Positions 10,630 to 22,200 of a stretch of 64,000 nucleotides of DNA are shown piece after piece. Below the pieces are notes generated by a model. That model was not told the DNA's origin. It saw only the letters and a list, made by a program, of their open reading frames with translations, and made no database searches. The stretch comes from Carpediemonas membranifera BICM (Eukaryota > Protista > Fornicata), in NCBI GenBank assembly GCA_019828565.1, contig JAHDYR010000009.1, forward strand, positions 1 through 64,000, read 5' to 3'. How positions within the stretch are numbered: position 1 is the stretch's first letter; each line of letters starts with the position of its first letter. Made by a program: the position numbers and the translations under genes.

Positions 10630-13600
10630 TTACAGACCGGCTTGCCTAGCCTCGTCTGACTTCAGGTATACGTCTAGTGCCTCAAGGTCCTTAACTGACG
10701 AATAGTCTTGCCAGGTGGCCTCTTCGTCCTCACACCCGGCCCAGTGGACGAGGTATTCCCGTTTGGACATCGGGCCTCGACCCCGAGATCGGCTGATTCG
10801 CTCGACTTCCCACTCGTCGTCAGCCGTTGCTGCGAGTGCTTTGATCTGGTCCTCTGTCAGTCTGCCTGGATTGAACTTCCGAACTCTCGATGCGTCTACC
10901 GTGATCGCTTTCGAGTTGTCCTTCTCGGACAGGTCTAGGACCTTATACGCGACAACGACACCGTGTTGTTTCACTCCGGCGAGCCTTCGCATTGGTCCTC
11001 TCCACCCAGGTGATAACTTGTTCGGAGGTCTAGAGGGGTACTTGACCAGGACGAATCTGCTAATGATCTCGTTTCTCGATGCGGTGGCCTTGGCGAGTGC
11101 GTCCTCTCTCATTGCTTGAACTCGGCTGCTGGCGAGCTGGATAGCTGCTGCGGCCGCCTCTCTGTGGGACTCGCTCGCGCTCGCGGTACTGGAATCGGTC
11201 ACATACACGTTCTGTGGTATCCTCAGGTCGTATCCGAGTACTATCTCGGCTGGAGACAGACGTGTTGCCGTGCGCGGTGATGAATTGACGATGAACTGGG
11301 CGACAGGTAAATTCTCGATCCAGGTTGACCCTCTGAGCTGGAACTTGCGTGCCTTAAGGATGCGTAGCACCTGCTGGTTGGCGCGCTCTACCATCCCATT
11401 GGATTGCGGGTGGTGAGCCGTGGTAATATGGATCTTGAACCCCATCTCATCTGCGATGCGCTTGAAGAGTTGGTTCTTGAACTCTGGTCCTCCGTCGGAT
11501 TGGAGAACCTCAGGGCACCCGAAGCGCAATATCCAGTTGTTGACGAGGGCGTCTGCTGCTGCCGCGCCGGTGGTATTCGAAGACGCGACTAGCTCCGTCC
11601 ACCGACTGCACATGTCGATCATGACTGTAATGTAAGCTTTGCCGTCGACGGCTGGGAACGGCCCCATCGTGTCGACTGCCACCCTACGAAATGGGCGATC
11701 TACGGCTGTGTGTAATCCTGCTGGGCTGTCAACCGGGAGGCGTCTAATCACCTGGCACACCGGGCAGTTTTCGATGACCTTGTTGACCGTCTCACGCGAC
11801 ACTGACTTGCCTTGGTCTTTGAGTCGTTCAGTTACAACGCGTCGTGATAAGTGGGCCCCAGCGGTGAGGTGCTCTGCTTCGACGTCGCCTTCTGATGCAG
11901 GCTGTATGACGTACACTCGCGATAAGCCGTCAGCCCCACCGTTATCGAGGCCGGCTACGTGCTTGACGTCGAAGTCCATGTCGGACATCGCCTCCGCCCA
12001 TCTGCGGACCTTGGCGTTAGTCGACTTGTACATGTAAATTAGGTTGCGATGGTCAGTGAGCAGGGTAAACTTCCCCCAGGAGAGGTACTTGTTCCACCGC
12101 TTGATAGCAGCTACGATGGCGAATGCTTCCTTCTCACCGACGGACCACCGCGATTGCACTTGTTCGAAGGCCTTGCTCATAAAGCAGACGGGTTGACCTT
12201 CTTGCAACAGCACCGCGCCATAACCTACTCCTGATGCATCGGTCATGATGGTGTGCTCCTTGGACGCATCGAAGATGGCGAGTGCTTCTGCTTGGGCGAG
12301 CAGTGTCTTGACTTTGCGTAATGCTTGCTCTTGCTCGTCGCCTCCCAGCGGGATCTTGGCGGCCATCGCTTGTGTCAAGGGGTGAACGACTTCTGCGAAC
12401 CCGGGGACGTGGTCCCGGAAGTAGTTGAGGAACCCGACGAGCGCTTGCATTCCTTTGACTGACTTGGGCATTTCGAGATCGAGGATGTCTTGAATGCGGT
12501 CTGCTGCGATGCGTTGACAACCATGGGATATGACCCTGCCCAGGAACTCGACCTCGGCCCTCGAAAACTGGCATTTGTCACGGTTGAGCTGTAACTTGAC
12601 CTGTCGGGTGCGCTGCAGAACGCTCTCGAGGTTTCTGAGGTAGTCTTCCTCGTCTTCCCCGAAGACGATGATATCGTCGATATATATGTAACACGCGTGA
12701 CCGACCAGTTCGGCGAACGCTGACTCCATGGCGCGCTGGAAGTGGGCACCCGCGTTCCTCAGCCCGAACGGCATTCTGGTATATTGGTATTGACCGAGGA
12801 TGGTAGTGAATGCGGTGTACTTCCTGCAGCGTTTGGTCAGCTCGACCTGGTGATACCCAGATGACAGATCTAATGTGGCGAAGATCTTCTTGTTCGGTAG
12901 TTGGGCGATCACCTCGTCGATCATCGGAATCGGGTAGTCGAAGGTGGGGGTGATCTCATTGATCTGCCGGAAATCCACCACGAAGCGCGACTTCCCGCCC
13001 TTCTTCGGCACCGTCATGGCTGGGGATGCGTATGGAGAGTTGCTCTTCTCAATAAAACCCTTAAGGGACAGCTCGTCAATGTGCTCCCGTATAATGTCTA
13101 CCTTGGCTGGCGGGACGAAGTATGGTCTAGCGTTGACTACACGGTCTTCGCGCAGTATGAGGTCGTAAGGCTCAAGGCGGCTAGGTTCGCTCCGGTCCTC
13201 GAACACGTCGCTGTAACGTCTTATGAGCTTGGCTTGTCGGTCGACGCTGGTCTGTGACATGGTGAAGAGTGGAGCCTGGTACTTGTACACGTCTGGAATC
13301 TCGACCTCGTCATCGTCACGCTCGTCGGCGTATGCCTGGGGAAGGATTCCCAACGACACCATGTCGGGGTAGCCGATAATCATGTCGAATTCCGTGTCGA
13401 GGAGCAGCATACGTGGCTTGTAGCTGCACGCCTTGGGTGTAAACGCCGAAGGTAACAGTCTCACGTCCCCCTCGACTGCGCCTTGTGCATGGAGGATCCC
13501 CTTGTTGGCGGTACGTATCGGAATAATCTCAGAGCTAACTCTGGGCAGCTTGGACGCCCACGTGCTCTTAATAACGGTGACTCCGGCGCCTGAATCAAGG

Positions 13601-14558
13601 AGAGCGGAGAGACTATGGCCATTGATCTGGACTTTGATCAGCGGCACGGACGACTTGGACTCAGTCTTCCCAGTAGACTGAGATGACTCGTTCTTAGACT
13701 TGTCGGAACTCAAAACACACAAGCACTTGGAGGATTTACAGTAATCCTCCAGGTGGCCGAGACGGCCACACTTCTTGCAGGTGTGTTTGGCCTTCTGCAC
13801 TTAAACACGGAATGGCCTCTTCCCCCGCAGTTGTAGCAGGTGTAACCCGAGTAGTCTTTTGCGGGTCTCTCCTTTTTGATCGTCTTGGGCTTGAGATCCT
13901 TCTCAGAGGAGGGCTTCTTCGGGGTGAAGGGAGCGTCGTGTCTGCGCTCTTGACGAGATGAGGCGGTTTGACGAGAGGGAGCGTCCTCGAACGCGCTCAG
14001 CAGGTTGCGCGACTCTTGGACTTCACGTGCTAGGGCTAGGACCGCGGGCATGGCCTTCTCCAGAGGCTGATCCTCGATGAGCTCTTGAATGCGGTACATG
14101 GCCTTGGGGTTACTCTTGAAGGCACGAGTATACGTCTCTTTGAGGTTGTCCTCGTTGAGCGACTTCCCATCGAAGAGGGACAGGAGGAGGGTGAACTTCC
14201 GGTTGATACGTGCTACCTGCACCGTGTCGAAACTGTTGGCGCGCAGGCGGAAGAGCTGGAGGCGTGAAGTCTTCGCGCGCGGTTGAAGGGCTTGGCCGAG
14301 CCGCTTGAGGGTCCTTTGATCCTTGAGATCGCGAATGTTCTTCTTTGAGGCTATAAGAGGGGTATGCTCGTCGCTATCGTCAGGATCAGTGTCCAGAATG
14401 GTCGTAATGAGGTCTTGAACCGCGCTATCGATGAGATCGGTGATATCTCGATGGCCTCCATAGGCCCGATAGTCTCGGAAGGCCTCGGCGAATGCGATCA
14501 GTGCCTCTACTGAAGGAATTGTTAGTAGAGGCGGGATTAAGCGTTTCTTATCGTTCAT
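10630..14558 (-). CDS. gag-pol: Element C gag-pol (gag with two CCHC knuckles, PR, RT, RNase H, IN, chromodomain); one frameshift near 13800
   Basis: MNDKKRLIPP start; CYNCGGRGHSVFKC and CKKCGRLGHLEDYC; LLDSGA; YIDD; MTDASG; VAVDTMGP/SDGG/VERAN; EWEVERI..YLVHWAG..TWQ. The 1056-aa pol portion is open. Confidence 0.92.
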
Positions 14559-14576
14559 GGAAGGAATTTCTAGAAA

Positions 14577-14697
14577 TGTAGTCCGTTTAGGACAAGAACA
14601 CTTTATGAGGAAAAGAGACGACACCAAAAGTGTCGACAGAAACCTGAAGACTATGTAAATAATGTTACTATGTAAATATTGGGTAAGACCCACGACA
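14577..14697 (-). repeat. 5' LTR of element C (121 bp)
   Basis: Identical to 8588-8708; the gag ATG follows after 18 nt. Confidence 0.95.
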
Positions 14698-14942
14698 GCT
14701 CCGCGGCTTTTCGCGAAGTTGACCTGTGTCTGGGGACCACGTGACTGACGAGAGGGGCAATCTCGGTCGAAGTGGTTGCCCTGACAGTGGCGACAGGGGC
14801 GTGCCGGCTGCCGGGCGTTGTCGCCCGAGGGCCCGGTGTTGCCGTTATTGTTGGCTGGAGTGGAGCTCTGGGCGTAGTAGCCGTAGCGGAGAGCCTCCTC
14901 GCGGGCGTTGTCGTCGCGTTTGGCAACGCGGAGGGCAAGGCG

Positions 14943-15050
14943 TGTTGTAACGATGCGCTAATTTATTTCGACACACTGGTGTCGTCTCGGACCAAGTAGG
15001 ACCAAGACGACACCCATAAAATATATAAATATTAATACGGTATTGCGACA
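14943..15050 (-). repeat. Putative 3' LTR (~108 bp) of element D2
   Basis: TG..CA ends, adjacent minus-strand PPT TGGGGGGAGGGGTAG (15051-15065), AT-rich, abuts element A gag sequence. Confidence 0.65.
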
Positions 15051-15640
15051 CTACCCCTCCCCCCCACCGAGAGTATTAAAGCCACTTTGCAAATTGTGTC
15101 AGAAACCCATCCGATGGTCGAGGATCTTCCTTCAGGGTGGAACCGGGTTCGACCCCCGGAGTCACCATATTTTTCATTGAATGGGTCTTAACCTGCACGA
15201 CCCAGCGATGAGTCGAAAAGAAGGAGGAGGCGAAGGACGGAAAAAAATGGGAAGGGTGTACTCGATATGCCCTTGCAGCGGCCTACCTCCACCTCCTGTC
15301 TGAGGTCTGAGTACTTCGTGTGGTGGCCGAAACACGAGTCGATGGCGAAAGAGTGAATGGGGAAGATGATCGCAACGAGAGCTGAACCCGAGGGAAATGG
15401 GGAGATATATAAAGGTGATTGTACTGCTGTAGCACTAGGTTCTCACGGGCATTGGTTCCCCGCAATGCGCAAAAATTTGGAATCAATCGACTATCGATTA
15501 ACTGGGGAGGTTTGGACCGAAATTCCCCGCAAAAGAGGTGTAACAAGCATGTGTAGAGCGATATTGGGCGGAAGAATTACTTCCTGGAGGGTAATTGAGC
15601 ATAATTGGCTGCTCGCCGATTGAGTTGCCTAATACTGCGG

Positions 15641-16790
15641 CTAGGACCGGGCCCGCCACCTGCGACGAATACGAGCCAGAGTCGGCTCTAGTGCAGGGTT
15701 CTCGCGCAAATATTAGTCTAGGGCCTCCAGCTGGTCGGTGTCTCTGGTAAAACTAATCCAAGAGTCTTCGCTCGGCTCGTAGCCCAGCCAGTGGACTTTG
15801 AATTCGACCTTGGACCCCTTGTTTGAGACCCTGTGCTTGTAGACATTGTCGACCACGTACTCACCGCACTCGGCGGCAAGTCTAGCGATCAGGGCTTGCT
15901 CGTCCTCTGGCGTCTCGACAGGAATGAGTCGCTCATCGCTGACCAGGACCTCTGCCAGCGACACTAAGTCGCGAACCACGTGCGTAGCGGGCGATTCGCC
16001 GGCTCGTACAACCTTCATCGGGCCCCGGAGGCTGGTGAGCAGCTTGGGAGCTCTGCCAACGTAGCGGAGGAGTGCGAAGGAGCCATCCGGGAAGCTCGGG
16101 GGTGTGTCGCTGTCCTCGCCGCTCTTGTTTCGTTCGCTATACCGTTGGAGATGAGCCTTGGCTTGCAGACGGCGGGTAGTAAGGGCGTCGCGGAACGCCT
16201 TCAGGCAATCGGCTTGGCCCGCCGACATTTCCTTAAATAGGGCCCACACCCGCTCGTATTGCGCGACTGAAAACTGCTTGGAGTCGGATCCCGAATTGCC
16301 TGTCACTAGGCGTAAGGGGGCTTGCCCCGTGGCCCGTGTTGGCCGTGTATTAATGATGTACTGCACTAAAGGGAGGAAAGGAACCCAGTCATAGTCCTGG
16401 CTGTCAAATAGTAAACCCCGCAACAGACGAAGGACTTTTCCATTCGTGCGTTCAACAATTCCGTTGGAGGCTGGGTGATGTGGGGTCGAGTAACGATGCT
16501 TGAGGGAGAGGATCCGGTTGACTTCAGCGTCCACTTGGTTCCTAAATTCCGGTCCGCCATCAGTTTGAAGTAGCGCTGGTTTCCCAAATAGGGCCCAGAC
16601 TTCTAGCATAGCTTGGGCTGTCTCGGCGGCCGTGGTTGATCTCACCGGCTTCAGTACCACGTATTTCGTGAAGACATCTGTGAAGACCAAGACGCCCTTG
16701 TACTCACCGCTAGCCCCCAGGGAGAGTTGGGTTGGCACACTGCCACAAGAGGTTCTCAGCGCACGGTTTCTCCTTCGTCTTCGCTTCGCT
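15641..16790 (-). pseudogene. Element D2 integrase core plus chromodomain
   Basis: LVFTDVFTKY, LQTDGGPEF, SNGIVERTN, RGPMKV, EYVVDNVYKHR..FKVHWLGYEPSEDSW. Premature TAA at 15713-15715 (LD*YLRENP). Confidence 0.85.
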
Positions 16791-16809
16791 GCTTGATAGC
16801 AGGGATATG

Positions 16810-18336
16810 GAAGTTACCGCCATGTTGCAAAGCTCCTCGACCTGTCGCTTCATCTCTTCCACTTCGCCCTCGCCGTAGCGGTAGGGCGGTACGTTGACCA
16901 CTCTGTCATGTCGAAGGTCCAACCCGAATGGCTCCACATCGGCCGGCTCATCAATACCTCCGAACAACCCCCCTAGCTTCGCTAACACCTCTTCGACCTC
17001 CACGGTCAGGTCCATTATCACCGGCTTGGCATCATTGGTCTTCTGCGCGCTCGACAGGTAGACTTCTTCGTCAAACTCATCGCCCTCCAGCTCCAGGAAC
17101 GTCTTGGTCCCTTCTCCAGCTGTTGGTAGGTGGATTTACACCAAGCCCAAGGCCGTTAGCGTCGGGAATCCGAACACTATCGGCGGCTTAAGCCTCGGTA
17201 GGATGTAGAGTACTATCTTCGCCGTAGTACGGCGTCCTGTCTTCGGAATAACTCCTAGATCGATGTTGACTTCGATCTTCTCATGCACGTTGTAAACCGT
17301 CCCGCCTTGCAATCGAACCTTCACGTTTGTGGGGATAATTTCATCCGCGAACCCCAACTCGTCGATCAACGTCTTGTCGACAAAATCTGCGTCGGCCCCG
17401 GTGTCTAGCAATGTGTTAACGTCGCGACCGTCTACACACACCACGGCTTCAGGACGCTTCGCGGTCCCCTGGGCGACCAAAGAGGAAGAAGACAGAGAGA
17501 AACAAGCCTGAGTTTTTACACCCTTCTTGCGTTCGTCCCTCTGCTTCTTCCAGCACTTTGTGGCATCGTGGCCCACCTTGTTGCAGTAGGGGCACTTGGT
17601 AGACGCCTTGTCTTCATGCTTCTTCTTGGTCTTCTCGTCCTTCGACTCAACTGACTGACGCTGCGCCTCACGTCTACCCTTCTCAGCCTCCAGGGCTTGC
17701 TCAAAAGCCACCTTCATGGTCTCCTCCAGATCCTTGCTCTTCTTCTTGGCGCCGATTCGCTCTCTCAGGACTTGATAGCGGACTCCAGCGACGAACGCCT
17801 CCACGAGTTGCTTGGCTTGAGGCTGCAGCTCGCCGAAGTAGGAACACGTCTCCTTGAATGTCAGCACGTAATCGGCCATGTTCTCGACGAGATTGCCCGA
17901 CTCGGGGCAATTCAGCTTCTTCAGCCATTCGATGGCCTCTAGCTCGTCGAGAGGTTGGAACATCTTGTTAATCAGGTCGATAAACTCCTCGTTCCACTCC
18001 GTCTCACGATCGGGGTCATGCTCATCCATCGGTTCATCCACCACCTGGAGAAAAGAGCCCAGCATGGGAGAACGGCACTTAAACGTTTCGAGCACTTCGT
18101 TTGACACCAGGTCGAAAATAGCAATCGGATCACGGCACCTAGCGGCATAAGCACGCCAGGACTTAACCATATGGCGCCACTCCGCCACAGAGACCTTATT
18201 AAGGTAGGGTGCGTAGTTCAGTACTGTTTCCGGTACTACCATGGCAATATATATTGTTGCAGCAGGAAACACAGAGAGTGATTTAATTGATCCGGGGTAA
18301 ATCGGTCATCAATTGATTACATGAGCGAATCTGACA
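16810..18336 (-). mobile_element. Element D1: 5' LTR, gag (CCHC) and protease, truncated just before RT
   Basis: Gag from ATG 18242 with CPYCNKVGHDATKC; PR LLDTGA; pre-RT segment VNVPPYRY..EMKRQVEEL, then no RT. Putative LTR 18255-18336 with TG..CA ends (outer end uncertain). Confidence 0.8.
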
Positions 18337-19149
18337 AAACGAAGATGATAAGATTCCAAAGGCGCAAGCGACCAGAGGCGTGAAAGAAGGACAGCTACGT
18401 GGTCAAGAAAGCCTCTAGTCGATTTGGCGTGAGGTCAGGTTCGTCAATCAGTTGATTGATTTTGACGGGACGACCGAAAACCGCAAAGAACGCCACTCAT
18501 AGGGCGGAAGGAGAGCCGTAATGGGACTAAATTCCCTGTACAAAACACCAACAAGGACATGAAGGGCTTTACAAGGCGCCCGAGGCTCAGCGTGGACGAG
18601 GGCCAAGCAAGATTGTCTGACGAGACAAGTGCGTCTCACATAGACTGAACCCCGCGGACAGGAGTGATGACACACACGCCAGGGGAGCCCCAAAGAGTGT
18701 AGCTTCAGGAGGCCATGATGGCAGACACTGCTGGGCGAGGTATGCTACCGACCGATGTCGAGATAGTAACGAGAGGAGAAGAGCGCTAAGAACAAACAGT
18801 TAGCTCACAGACGAGAAGTTAACAATCTAATGATCTCAATTTCCGTGATAGAGTTGCTGAAGAGTTGGCCAGCACGATGAGCTCATGGTTACATTGAGTG
18901 AGAACAGAAGAAGGTGATAGAGAAGGGTTGAAGGCAATAGGAATGATCATTTGCATGTTGAGCCAGAAACTACTGCACCAGGACAAGGTAAGCAGCAAGG
19001 CCGTAGGAGACCTGTGGTTGAACAGCGGTGATGACCCCAAGACAAGGTTGATGCTGAGATCGAGTTTACGATTTTGAGATTCGATGCAATCAGGCTTGGT
19101 AAGATTGATAGAAGATCTTTATGGTATCGAAGGAAATGTAAGACTCAAG

Positions 19150-19220
19150 TGTACGCAGAGGTACCTATAAGTGCAGTTTATGTAAACACATCCATTCTCT
19201 TCACGCTTAGGGCTCCCACA
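19150..19220 (+). repeat. 5' LTR of element E (71 bp)
   Basis: TGTACGCAGAGG...GGCTCCCACA, repeated at 23598-23670. Confidence 0.93.
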
Positions 19221-19236
19221 GTTATAACTGTAACAA

Positions 19237-22200
19237 ATGGACGTCCACATAACACTCCCAAAGTGTGAAGAGACAGGGTACGAAGCTATTAGGAAGTTCC
19301 AGCACGATTTCCGCCTCGCCAAAACAGTCCATCCGGCGCTTAAGGCATTCCTCTGCCTTTCGCTCCAGGTAACCGACGAACTACGCTTCAGGTTTGATGT
19401 AGAGCCTGAATCCATGTCCGACGACGACATCTTTAGCCATCTCTTCCAACTATCTCGGCCACTCGACGCTACGCTCGCTTTACAAGCACTACAACGTCTC
19501 TCCTTCCCATCTGGAACCGACAGAGACTTCATCCACAACCTGGGGCTGTTCAACGCCCGGTTCAAGCACGCAGTGGGCCAGATTTTTGAGTTCGAGCAAG
19601 AATTCCTCACGGAGGAGAAGGACGGCAAGGTGTCTGCGGACCTCACTCCAACCGCGAAGGGTTACCATCGCCTCGCGGTGGACGCGTACGTCGCCTGCCT
19701 GAAGCAAGCGAAGGCGGTCTCCGCCGCCAACGTCGCCCGCGACCTCGAAGTTGTGCTGACTCTCAAGAGCATTAAGCGAAAGACCGATGAGGTCCTCTCA
19801 AAGGCCATGAGCATCGCTCTCGAGCAGGAAGAGCTGCACTACAAGGCTTCTCGTCTCGACTATGTCCGGAAGAGCGCCGTCACGCCGCGGCCGCCGACCG
19901 GCGCCCCCCCGCCAGGCCAAGGCCACAACCTACGGCACGCTCGCCGAGGTGGCGGCTCGTCTCAGGGCCAAGGCCAACGCCAGCAGGACAAACCCCAGGA
20001 ATCCCGACAGGCTCAACAGACCCGCCAGCAGGCAGGGGCGGACGGCCAGCAGACACAGCAAGGCCAGGGCCCGCAAGGCCAGTCGTCCAAGGCACAACAG
20101 AGCCAGGGTCAACAAGGTCAACCTGCCAAGGCGCAACAAGGTCAGGGCCAGCAAGGCCAGCCGGCCAAGGCGCAGCAAGGTCAACAAGGTCAGCCAGCCG
20201 GACAGAGCAAGCTTAAGTTCACGCCACACTGGTCCCGCGGGCAGAGCGGGCAGATGGAGCGCAGCTTCCGCCAAGTTGATGACGTCACGTCCGAGATGAT
20301 CATCGACATCCAGATCAACGGCCAGGCAACCAAGGCCAAGGTCGACCCGGGAGCCACAGTGAGCTGCATCTCAGAAGCCACAGTCGCCACCCTCCAGAGG
20401 ATCGTGCCCCTCAGCACCGCTCCGTCCAGCGTTGTGGCACTTAACGCGTCGCAGGAAGTGATCACCACAGGCCTCGCGCTGGTGGTCAACCTCCAGCTTA
20501 CCTCTCTGGACCGTAGCCCGACACTCGAAGCACAGCCACTGGCCATCATCCGAGGCCCAAAGCACAAGGTGCTCATCGGCGCTGACGTCCTCTCCGCCCT
20601 CGGTCTCATGAACGCGCAGGGCATCCACATTGACCTGCACAGGGACGATGACGACGAGGACAATGACGGACTCCCCGACCACGCCTACCTCGATGACACG
20701 CCGCCAGGCCGTGTCGATGACGTCACCGCCGACGCCGAGGCAACCCAAGCAGTCGACGAGGTGCACGTCAACCCCGACTTCCCGCACTATCAAGAGCTCA
20801 AGGCGATCATCATACGCCACAAGGCAGTCTTTGGCCCCTTTGACCCGGGCGGAGCGGATCTGCCCCCAGTCACCATCAGACTGAAACCTAACGCACGCAC
20901 GCCACACCAAAAGCCCAGGCCGCTTCATCCAGATGACCTCCGCGAGGTCCACAACCATTTCGACGATCTCAAGGAGCGAGGCATCTGCCGTGACGCCGAT
21001 GGCCCGGTCGCCAGCGCACTCGTGGTCGTCCGCAAGAAGCCCAACGAGAAGGGCGAGCGAGAACTACGCCCATGTGGAGATTACCGCCAGCTGAACGAGG
21101 CCACCATTCATGACAGCTTCCCTATGGCCGACGCGAAGGCGTTCCTCGCCGGTGTGGCCGGCTCCAAGTGGTTCTTCACCTCAGACGTCAAGCAAGGATT
21201 CCACCAACAGCCCATGTGCCCCGAAGACATTTATCTCACGGCCATCGTCATGCCCGGCCGGTTTGTTGAATACAACTTCGCGCCATTCGGGCTCCGCAAC
21301 CTGCCCAGCCAGTTCTAACGTGGCATGGCAGACGCCATCTCCGACTTAGCCCGAGATGAGACCCGCAACTACGTTGACGACGTGTTCGGACGAGCTCGCA
21401 CCCCGGACGAGCTTTGCGCCAAGGTCGGCCGCTTCCTCGACAAGATGGAGCAACGTCGCATCCGCCTCAAGCCCTCGAAATGCTTCTTCGGCTACTCGGA
21501 GGTCGAGGTGTTGGGCACGATCGTCACCCCAGGCGGCCTCAAGGTTGCCCCATCTCGCATCGATAGCATCATACGCATCGAGGCCCCCACCTGCGTCACA
21601 GCCCTCCGGGCGTTCATTGGCCAGATCGCATGCATCGCAATGTTCATGCCAGACGCTCAACGCCATCTCAAGCCGCTGCACACTGCCGTGGCGCAAGGAG
21701 ACCCGCTGCAGTGGGGCCCCGATCAGGCCAAGGCGTTCAACAACATCAAGGAACTCCTGACAGGCGAGATGATGCTAGTACACCCATACCTCGAGAAACC
21801 GTGGGTGTTGGAGACCGACGCCAGCCTGACAGGCGTCGGCGGGGTTCTGTGGCAGGTGATGCCGGAGGGACCGCCCCGAGTCATCAGCTATTACTCCAAG
21901 CTATTCACGCCAGTGCAGTCACGCTGGTCGACGTTCGACCAGGAGATGTTTGGTATCGTCTGCCTCTCCAGGCCCGACTTAGCGCCATACCTGAAGGCCC
22001 ACGCGCATCTGACGCTACGTACGGACCACCGCAACCTCATCTACCTGACGGTCAAGGCACCCGAAACACGCAAGCACACGCGCTGGCTCGCGATCATCGA
22101 CGAGTTCCGCTTCAACATTGTTCACGTCGCAGGCGAAGACAACAAGGTCGCAGACTTCCTGAGCCGGTACACGCCTGACAAGCCAGCTGTAGCCATCGAC

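Larger units (their letters stand above)
8588..14697 (-). mobile_element. Complete Ty3/Gypsy chromodomain LTR retrotransposon C (6110 bp) with an antisense accessory gene
   Basis: Identical 121-bp LTRs (8588-8708, 14577-14697), TSD GCTC (8584-8587 and 14698-14701), PPT GGAGGGGCGG on the minus strand at 8709-8718. Confidence 0.95.
2450..14942 (-). mobile_element. Ty3/Gypsy element A (host of the nest), in three pieces: gag zinc knuckle 14698-14942, protease 8207-8587, RT/RNase H start 2450-3620
   Basis: Pieces encode CRHCQGNHFDRDC, IIDTGA, and RMCVDY/LDLVKGYHQ/PFGL/YLDD/IYTDAS. Removing B and C with one TSD copy each restores one frame (..KSRGA|DALKVPASCG.. and ..DDVVLP|VFSVSG..). Confidence 0.88.

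Noticed and set aside
13780-13810. Programmed gag/pol frameshift in element C
   Set aside because: The break lies between two zinc knuckles with no X XXY YYZ heptamer, and A and E use a single frame. A 1-nt deletion is the simpler explanation.
15095-15167. Functional tRNA gene
   Set aside because: No 5' acceptor strand pairing with AGTCACC and no canonical anticodon arm; kept only as a tRNA-like fragment.
20341-20355. Novel protease active site DPG in element E
   Set aside because: One base change from DSG/DTG in a copy with other lesions; cannot be judged without more copies.
21316-21318. In-frame TAA at a conserved Gln of element E (also 15713 and 1314), suggesting TAA=Gln reassignment as in hexamitid diplomonads
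   Set aside because: Conserved host genes (PP2A, enolase, RPL35) end at TAA at the expected C-terminus, and the TAA at 1314 replaces Glu. These are ordinary nonsense mutations or errors.
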